IMG/VR virus record: IMGVR_UViG_3300042698_000010
Location: 1-56,698 of that record
Source: a virus
Lineage: Duplodnaviria > Caudoviricetes
Length of the DNA: 56,698 nt
Strand: one strand, 5' to 3'
Below the pieces are notes generated by a model. The model was not told where the DNA came from. It did no database searches and worked only from the letters and a program-made list of their open reading frames with translations. Below, one piece after another: positions 51,032 to 56,698 of the stretch; the first letter of the stretch is position 1; every line of letters starts with the position of its first letter. The translations under genes were made by a program, and so were the position numbers.

Positions 51032-52870
51032 TCAGGCGGTCACGTACTTCCCGAAGCGCTCGTCCAGCGCCTTGCTGGCACGGGCCACGGCGATGGCGTC
51101 GGACGCCTCACCCTTCTTCATGCCCTCGGCCACCGCACCGCCCAGTCCGCGCAGCATCTTCAGCTGGCCGTCGCTGGCCGGACCCCGGCGCCAGCTGGCC
51201 TTCCGGTTGTTGTAGGTGTAGCCGGTGTCGGCTGCCAAGGCTTCCAGCGCGGCCACGGCCGTGACCGCATCGGTGGCGCCGCTGTCCAGCCGCTTGACGT
51301 CCACGCTGCGCCCCGACCCGCAGGCAAGCCCGTGGAAGAATCCGCCGTCCGGGGCGGGCAGAAGGAACACGTTCACCTCGTTGCCCACCGGCAGGAACTT
51401 GATCCCGGCCCGAGTGGTCAGCCAGGTGTAGCCAGAGCTCTTCAGCTCTTCGCCCAGGATGTCGACCTCGGTCAGCTTCTTCAGGACCGCGACGTCGACT
51501 TCCTTCGTCTCGATCTGGGGGCCCTCGCCACGGCAGTAGCAGCCGTCCGGGTTCAGCGAGCAGGCGCACGCATCCAGCCCGGTCCCGTCCTGGTCGCCGG
51601 GGCAGCCGCAGCCACAGTCCTCGGAACCGGCGCAGCGGCAGATGTTCGACGGCTTCTCGTGCTGCTCGACACAGCGGCAGCCGCACTGCCGGATGCCGCA
51701 CTTGCAGCGGTCCGAGCAGCCGCACGACAGGCAGTTGCAGTCACACCGGCCCGAGCAGTCGGATTCCAAGTCGTTGACACCGGCCAGGCTGTGCTTCAGC
51801 GAGGCGCCCGCGATGTCCAGGACCAGGCAGTCGCTCTTGCCCGACTCGGGGTGCAGCCGAAGCCCGCGGCCCACCATCTGAATGTAGAGACCGGGGTTGA
51901 GCGTCGGACGGCCGATGATCACGCAGCTGGTCTGGGGTGCGTCAAAGCCCTCGGTCAGCACCATGCAGCTAACCAGGATGCGTGTCTGGCCGGACGAGAA
52001 GCGCCCGTAGATGGCCTTCCGCTCGGTCGACGGGGTCGCGCCCGTGACAACCTCTGCCGAGGCGCCACAGACGGCTTCAAAGGCTTCCGCGGTCCGGGTC
52101 GCGGTGTGGACGTCCGGCATGAAGACGATCGTCGGACGCTCGCTGGCCTCTGCGCACCACGCCTCGGCAATGGCCGTGAACGCGTGGCTGTCTTCCAGCG
52201 CCTCGGCAACGTCCTTCGCGTTCAGGTCACCGGCGGTCACGCGGGTGGACGCCAGGTTGAGGCCCGGAACCTCGATCGACTTGGCGACCGGCGGCACCAG
52301 AAAGCCGCTCTTGATCATCCAGTGAATCTTCTTCGAGTACGCCACCGACTGCCAGACGTCGGGAAGCCCGCCGTCCATGCGGGTCAGCGTCGCCGTGAAG
52401 CCCACGGTGGGGGTGGCCCGGTCGTCCATGCAGCCGTAGTGGTCCAGGACCTCTCGGTAGGACTTCGCGGCGTAGCGGTGGCACTCGTCCACGATGACCA
52501 GGCCGATGCGGTCGACTGCCTCTCGGCGGGCGGGACGGGCCAGCGTCTGAACGGACGCCACGATCACGTCGGCGAACTGGTGCTTCTTCGCGCCCCGGCC
52601 GCCCTTGACGATGGCGGTCCAGACGCCGGGGACCATGGCTTTGATCTTCGCCTCGGCCTGTTCAAGCAGCTCTTCCCGGTGGGCCAGGACGAGCACCCGC
52701 TTCCCGTCCTTGCGCAGCTGATCGATGTGGCTGGCGATCAGGCCGCTGAAGCACACGGTCTTGCCAGCCCCCGTCGGCAGCACGACCACGGGCCGATTCA
52801 CGCCTTCAGCCCAACTGGCATCGACAGCCGCCAGCGCCTGTGACTGGTAGTCGCGCAACTGGAATCCCAT
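51032..52870 (-). CDS. SF2 DNA helicase with a Cys-rich insertion
   Basis: LRDYQ, LPTGAGKT, DECH, TAT, LTEGFD, QMVGRGLR; promoter TTGCAT-N17-TAGAGT at 52903-52931. Confidence 0.92.
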   Translation of the reverse strand: MGFQLRDYQSQALAAVDASWAEGVNRPVVVLPTGAGKTVCFSGLIASHIDQLRKDGKRVLVLAHREELLEQAEAKIKAMVPGVWTAIVKGGRGAKKHQFADVIVASVQTLARPARREAVDRIGLVIVDECHRYAAKSYREVLDHYGCMDDRATPTVGFTATLTRMDGGLPDVWQSVAYSKKIHWMIKSGFLVPPVAKSIEVPGLNLASTRVTAGDLNAKDVAEALEDSHAFTAIAEAWCAEASERPTIVFMPDVHTATRTAEAFEAVCGASAEVVTGATPSTERKAIYGRFSSGQTRILVSCMVLTEGFDAPQTSCVIIGRPTLNPGLYIQMVGRGLRLHPESGKSDCLVLDIAGASLKHSLAGVNDLESDCSGRCDCNCLSCGCSDRCKCGIRQCGCRCVEQHEKPSNICRCAGSEDCGCGCPGDQDGTGLDACACSLNPDGCYCRGEGPQIETKEVDVAVLKKLTEVDILGEELKSSGYTWLTTRAGIKFLPVGNEVNVFLLPAPDGGFFHGLACGSGRSVDVKRLDSGATDAVTAVAALEALAADTGYTYNNRKASWRRGPASDGQLKMLRGLGGAVAEGMKKGEASDAIAVARASKALDERFGKYVTA

Positions 52871-52905
52871 GGGGTTGCCTTTCTCGCGGTTGGTGTGGTG
52901 CAACT

Positions 52906-53475
52906 CTACCGAAGATCCGTAGATGATGCAACCCCGATACCGAGAGGGCCCGAGTACCAGTTCAGCTCTGAGAGCAGTAGCACCGACTTCCGGTTGTTGC
53001 ATGCCTTGTGAGTCGGTGCCAAGTTGTCCAGGCAGTGCGCGCCACCACGAGCCAGCGGAATGATGTGGTCCAACTGAATCGGACCTGCCAACGGCTTTCC
53101 GCAGAGGTAACAGTCAGACGCGCTGGCCATGACTTCCGCTTCGTTGACGTCCCCGATCGTTGCACCCGCCTTGACAGCACGCCGCTTCTGAGCCCCCTTG
53201 CGCGCAGCTGCGCGAACAGCTTCGGGATTGTCCGCGTACCGGCGTCGCATCTTGTCGCGGTTGTACTCGCGGGCCGCTTCAGGGTCGGACCAGTACCGGG
53301 CCCGCTGCGCTTCCAACTGCGGAACCGGGTTGTCCGCGTACTTCGCGCGGGCCGCAGCGCTCTTGCAGCTGCGGCACCGGCTATTACGGCCATAGGCGCC
53401 AAGCTTGTTAAGGCTGAAGTCGTCAAGAGGCTTGGCCTCATTGCAGCCGGTACAGACCTTGATAATCCCGTTCAC
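52906..53475 (-). CDS. HNH endonuclease (possibly homing)
   Basis: CTGC...CRSC N-terminus; CYLC...LDHIIPLARGGAH...N..PTHKACN; visibly lower GC; start uncertain (53475 or 53529). Confidence 0.85.
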   Translation of the reverse strand: MNGIIKVCTGCNEAKPLDDFSLNKLGAYGRNSRCRSCKSAAARAKYADNPVPQLEAQRARYWSDPEAAREYNRDKMRRRYADNPEAVRAAARKGAQKRRAVKAGATIGDVNEAEVMASASDCYLCGKPLAGPIQLDHIIPLARGGAHCLDNLAPTHKACNNRKSVLLLSELNWYSGPLGIGVASSTDLR

Positions 53476-53551
53476 GTCGGCTCTTCCCGAGAGATAACAC
53501 AGGATGCCCGCGGTTGCTGCCGCGGGCATCCTTCCTTCTGACCAGTCTACC

Positions 53552-53902
53552 TCACAGGCCGAGCAGGGCCATGCGGTCCGCGTGGCGGGCCAGGAAGCCC
53601 GTCAGAACGCGGGCCCGGCTGAAGCGGTTGGCCCGCTTCGCCATCTTCCGGGCCGCCTCGCTGCCGAGGTTCCACAGGTCACCGGCGGCGGTCAGCTCTC
53701 GGGCGTACGCCATCGTGGTGGTGTCCATGGACGCGACACCCTCGCCGTACCACCAGACCACCAGGACGCGCGGGTCATCGGTCATCATGCCGAGCACCAC
53801 GCCCTTCTTCGGGCGGGCCGACGGCTTGCCCTCTCGGACCGGGCGGCCGGTGACGACGTCGCCGGTGAGGAAGGTGGCGGTGGCGGTGGCGGTGGCGGTC
53901 AT
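53552..53902 (-). CDS. Hypothetical protein (SH3-like)
   Basis: RBS GAAGGGA; promoter TTGCGT-N17-TACTGT at 53946-53974. Confidence 0.7.
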   Translation of the reverse strand: MTATATATATFLTGDVVTGRPVREGKPSARPKKGVVLGMMTDDPRVLVVWWYGEGVASMDTTTMAYARELTAAGDLWNLGSEAARKMAKRANRFSRARVLTGFLARHADRMALLGL

Positions 53903-53967
53903 GGTGTGTCCCTTCGTTGTGGTGAGCAACGTGCTCACAGGAAGAACAGTACAGGCTGCGCCGCGGG

Positions 53968-53989
53968 AACGCAACACCCCGCCAGCAAC
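53968..53989. repeat. 22-bp terminator/promoter cassette repeat, copy 3
   Basis: AACGCAACACCCCGCCAGCAAC. Confidence 0.85.
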
Positions 53990-54019
53990 TGTGGCTGGCG
54001 GGGTGTCGACCTGCGCTGA

Positions 54020-54325
54020 TCAGTGGTGGAACGGGCAGACGGCGTGGACCGAGAGGGCGCAGCGGACCCGCAGCGGGCTGCACGTCTCGGCCGGGTAGCT
54101 TCCGTGCACGGGGCACGCCGCGCCCCCGCACGGTGCCGGGCAGTCGGGCTCGGGCGCGTTGGGGCAGCCGTCCACGTGGTCGTCCTCACCCGCCGTCCCA
54201 CCGCAGCCACACGTCAGATCGCGCGGATCGGGGAAGCACCGCGGGCAGTCGTAGTTCTCTGCCACCTTGATCTCACCTACGCCGATATCGACGTACTCGC
54301 ACCAGCAGGACGGCTCAGCAGCCAT
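54020..54325 (-). CDS. Cys-rich hypothetical protein
   Basis: TGATG coupling; many C-x-C and CPxH motifs. Confidence 0.6.
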   Translation of the reverse strand: MAAEPSCWCEYVDIGVGEIKVAENYDCPRCFPDPRDLTCGCGGTAGEDDHVDGCPNAPEPDCPAPCGGAACPVHGSYPAETCSPLRVRCALSVHAVCPFHH

Positions 54326-54975
54326 CACGCACCGTCCACGCACTCGGTACCGTGCGACGGCTCGGCGCCGCAGCCGGGGCAGACGTCGGCCGGACGGTCG
54401 GACAGCCGCGCGAGGGCGGGCATCCCGTGCACGGGGCACGTGGCGTCCCAGTCGCACGCCGGGCCCTGGCCGCCCGGAAGGATGGGGCAGTCGTCGGCCG
54501 GGCCAGCGTTCAGCTGGGCGGCCGCCCACTCGGTCACCGCTACACGCTGCGAACAGCTGGGCTGGTGCGCCAGCTCGGTGAAGGTGCGCCCCTCGGCCCC
54601 GTACTGGACGTCCGAGTACAGGCCGACCCGAACGCCGCACTCGGGGCAGCGCGGCCGCCACACCGGCGCGCCCCACTTCGAGTCTTCGTAGCGGGCCAGG
54701 TCGGCCACCATGGACTCTTCCACGGCCCATGTGGCACCGCGCTGGATCTGCTCGCCGGTGAGGTACCGGGTGTGCGCCGAGACGCGGTCTTCGAAGTCCT
54801 CGGGGTCGTTCAGGTCGCTCTCGCCGTCGGTGGCCACGGACTTGCCTACGGCCTGGATCATCAGGCCGATCAGGCCGATCAGGTCATCCGCCATGGCGGC
54901 GCGCTTCTCGGGGTCCTGCGTGACGTGCTGCGCGACGTCCAGCGCGGCTGCCTTGAGCTCATCCAGCCGGTTCAC
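54325..54975 (-). CDS. Hypothetical protein with a Cys-rich C-terminus
   Basis: GTGA coupling; CPEC, CPVHG, CPGC. Confidence 0.65.
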   Translation of the reverse strand: MNRLDELKAAALDVAQHVTQDPEKRAAMADDLIGLIGLMIQAVGKSVATDGESDLNDPEDFEDRVSAHTRYLTGEQIQRGATWAVEESMVADLARYEDSKWGAPVWRPRCPECGVRVGLYSDVQYGAEGRTFTELAHQPSCSQRVAVTEWAAAQLNAGPADDCPILPGGQGPACDWDATCPVHGMPALARLSDRPADVCPGCGAEPSHGTECVDGA

Positions 54976-55298
54976 TTCTCGGCCCCCTTCGCCTCGGCCA
55001 GCTTCTCGCCGTAGTGCTGCGCCACCAGGTCCTTCATGGCCCGCAGCGTCTTGGCCTGGCGGGCGTCGCGGTACAGGCAGAAGCTGCCGTTGACCCACCC
55101 GCGGGCGACCCACTGGTGCTGCCGGGGCTGGTCGATCACGTAGCGGTAGACATCGTCACCGATGGCGACCTCGGCGTAGTGGGTCATCCCCACCGTGCCC
55201 CAGACCCGCTTCTGCGACCAGGCCAGTGCGCCCGTCGCAAGCTGCTGCTGTACGGCGCCGACCTCGGGCGCCTCGGTGTTCCTCGCGGTGTCGTTCAT
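54972..55298 (-). CDS. Hypothetical protein (probably leaderless)
   Basis: TTGCAC-N17-TAGTCT at 55305-55333 with ATG 6 nt after the -10. Confidence 0.75.
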   Translation of the reverse strand: MNDTARNTEAPEVGAVQQQLATGALAWSQKRVWGTVGMTHYAEVAIGDDVYRYVIDQPRQHQWVARGWVNGSFCLYRDARQAKTLRAMKDLVAQHYGEKLAEAKGAEK

Positions 55299-55344
55299 GG
55301 CTACAGACTACCGGACCTGTGGCCGTAGTGCAACTGGTACTGAG

Positions 55345-55675
55345 CTTCCCGCGAAACTTCCCGCGTTTCCCGCGGAACGCGGGAAGGGGTATCACCGCAG
55401 GTCAGGGGGTGTTTCAGGGCCCGCCGTCCCGGGTTTCCCGAGGTTGGCCGGAAAACTAAGACCCCTATAGGTGTTAATACAATGCCTGGTACATAACACC
55501 CACGAATCCGGACATACAGCACCAACGCGCGCGGGCATGAACAGATCAAGTAGTTGATACCCCGCTCAGCTCAAAGTGTTCAGCCGAAAGTTGGGAAACC
55601 CGGGACATCCGACCCTAAAGGGCCTCTGACCTGCGGAAACGGTTTCCCGGGAAACGCGGGAAGTTTCGCGGGAAG
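55345..55675. repeat. Palindromic origin-like element, copy B
   Basis: Perfect 28-bp terminal inverted repeat (55345-55372 / 55648-55675), AT-richer core, upstream of the primase-helicase; homologous to 32651..32982. Confidence 0.8.
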
Positions 55676-55933
55676 ATCCACTTCGGGCCCGGCGTGGCGT
55701 CAGCCGGTCGGCCCGCAGGGGTACAGTGGACACGCCGTCAGCGGCCCGCCCGGTCCCGCTGCCCCTGGCCACACGAGTGGTCGTCTCTGAGCAGCGGTTG
55801 CACTGATCACATGGTGTGTGTCACCATGGGCCCAGCAACGACGAAGGGGACCAGCCCTCGGAAGGCCGGTCCCCAACAGTTGGCGCGACAACCGCGAAGA
55901 AGCACACCCCAACAACCGAAGGGTACCACCGCT

Positions 55934-56698
55934 GTGGCCATCACTTCAGCCCACATGGACATGCTGCGAGGCAGCGCTATCAGCGAGGACGTCATCGCGG
56001 CCAGCGGCATTGAGTCGCGCGAGGACGGCCTGTACTTCCCGTGGGCGGACGGCGTCGGCGCCACCGTGTGGCAGGCCCGGCCGGACAGCCCCCGCACCAG
56101 CACGGACGGGAAGCCGATCAAGTACGAGTTCCCGAAGGGTGCGAAGGTCCCCTTCAACCGGCTGCGCGACGGGGACGACTACAGCCAGGTGATCCTGGCC
56201 GAGGGCACGAAGCAGCAGTACGCGGTGCTCTCGCACGCACCCGCCACCTTCGCCGTCTACGGCATGTCCGGGTGTTGGGGCTTCAGCCACGCTGACCTGT
56301 CCGTCCTGTCCGGCCGTGACGTCTTCCTGCTGCTGGACGCGGACTTCGAGACCAACGCGGATGTCTGGCTGGCGGCCGAGAAGCTGACGAAGCTGGCCAA
56401 GCGCAGCGGCGCCAAGTCGGTCCGCTACGTCGGCACCACCGGTACGGGCAAGCAGGGCGTTGACGACGTGCTGGCCGCCCTGCCTGAGGACAAGCGGGCA
56501 GCCTCGCTGCGCACCTGGCTGGCCACCGCGGCCGAGAAGCTCGGCCGCCGCCCGAAGGCGAAGGCGGCCGAGATGGACGCGGTCGACAGCGAGGCTGCCA
56601 CGCTGTTCGTCAAGATCGAAGGCAAGCTGGCCTTCCAGCCGGTCACCGCGGCGCGGCGCCTCATGGACCGGGCCCCGGCCGCCATCACCGCCGAACGC
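55934..56698 (+). CDS. DNA primase-helicase, N-terminal part (TOPRIM/DUF3854-like primase); continues across the junction into 2..1546, about 727 aa in total
   Basis: GTG 55934 after GAAGGG; VILAEGTKQ, LLLDAD and KQGVDD TOPRIM-like motifs; in frame with ATG 56573, which corresponds to position 2. Confidence 0.85.
   Translation, partial: MAITSAHMDMLRGSAISEDVIAASGIESREDGLYFPWADGVGATVWQARPDSPRTSTDGKPIKYEFPKGAKVPFNRLRDGDDYSQVILAEGTKQQYAVLSHAPATFAVYGMSGCWGFSHADLSVLSGRDVFLLLDADFETNADVWLAAEKLTKLAKRSGAKSVRYVGTTGTGKQGVDDVLAALPEDKRAASLRTWLATAAEKLGRRPKAKAAEMDAVDSEAATLFVKIEGKLAFQPVTAARRLMDRAPAAITAER
56572..56698. repeat. Terminal direct repeat, copy 2
   Basis: Identical to 1..127. Confidence 0.95.

Noticed and set aside
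52906-53529. HNH gene as part of an intron or intein in the helicase
   Set aside because: It is free-standing upstream; the helicase has its own promoter, RBS and intact motifs, and no intein or intron signatures are visible
53873-53900. GGTGGC hexamer tandem repeat
   Set aside because: It encodes a Thr-Ala run at a protein N-terminus; likely simple slippage

Overview
This window is an apparently complete, circular or circularly permuted genome of a tailed (siphovirus-type) actinobacteriophage. It is very GC-rich, and the host is probably a filamentous actinomycete such as Streptomyces or Kitasatospora. Unit length is 56,571 bp: the first 127 nt recur exactly at the end, and the primase-helicase gene is split across the junction. 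The + strand 0-11.4 kb carries replication and regulatory genes: primase-helicase, family A DNA polymerase, a PD-(D/E)XK exonuclease, an SSB-like protein, a tRNA/tRNA-like cluster, WhiB and HTH proteins. The - strand 11.5-40.2 kb carries lysis and virion genes in an unusual order, read in the direction of transcription: terminase, tail chaperones with a -1 frameshift, tape measure, portal, a MuF/2H-phosphoesterase/protease fusion, two capsid proteins, major tail, minor tail, lysis. The 40.5-55.3 kb region is accessory, and also holds RuvC, an SF2 helicase and an HNH gene. I recognise no integrase, parA or CRISPR array. The most notable observations are: (1) a Streptomyces-plasmid-style DNA transfer/spread module inside a virion-producing phage, made of a membrane FtsK/TraB translocase, candidate clt repeats and an Spd-like membrane-HTH operon; (2) dense clusters of a GCAAC/GTTGC motif, some written into coding sequence; (3) two diverged copies of a ~330-bp palindromic origin-like element; (4) an array of one tRNA plus anticodon-disrupted tRNA mimics; (5) identical N29-spaced palindromes around the capsid and major-tail promoters; (6) an Acb1-like 2H domain in the head-maturation protein; (7) a metallothionein-like insert in the helicase. 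All calls come from reading motifs by eye; no searches were run.
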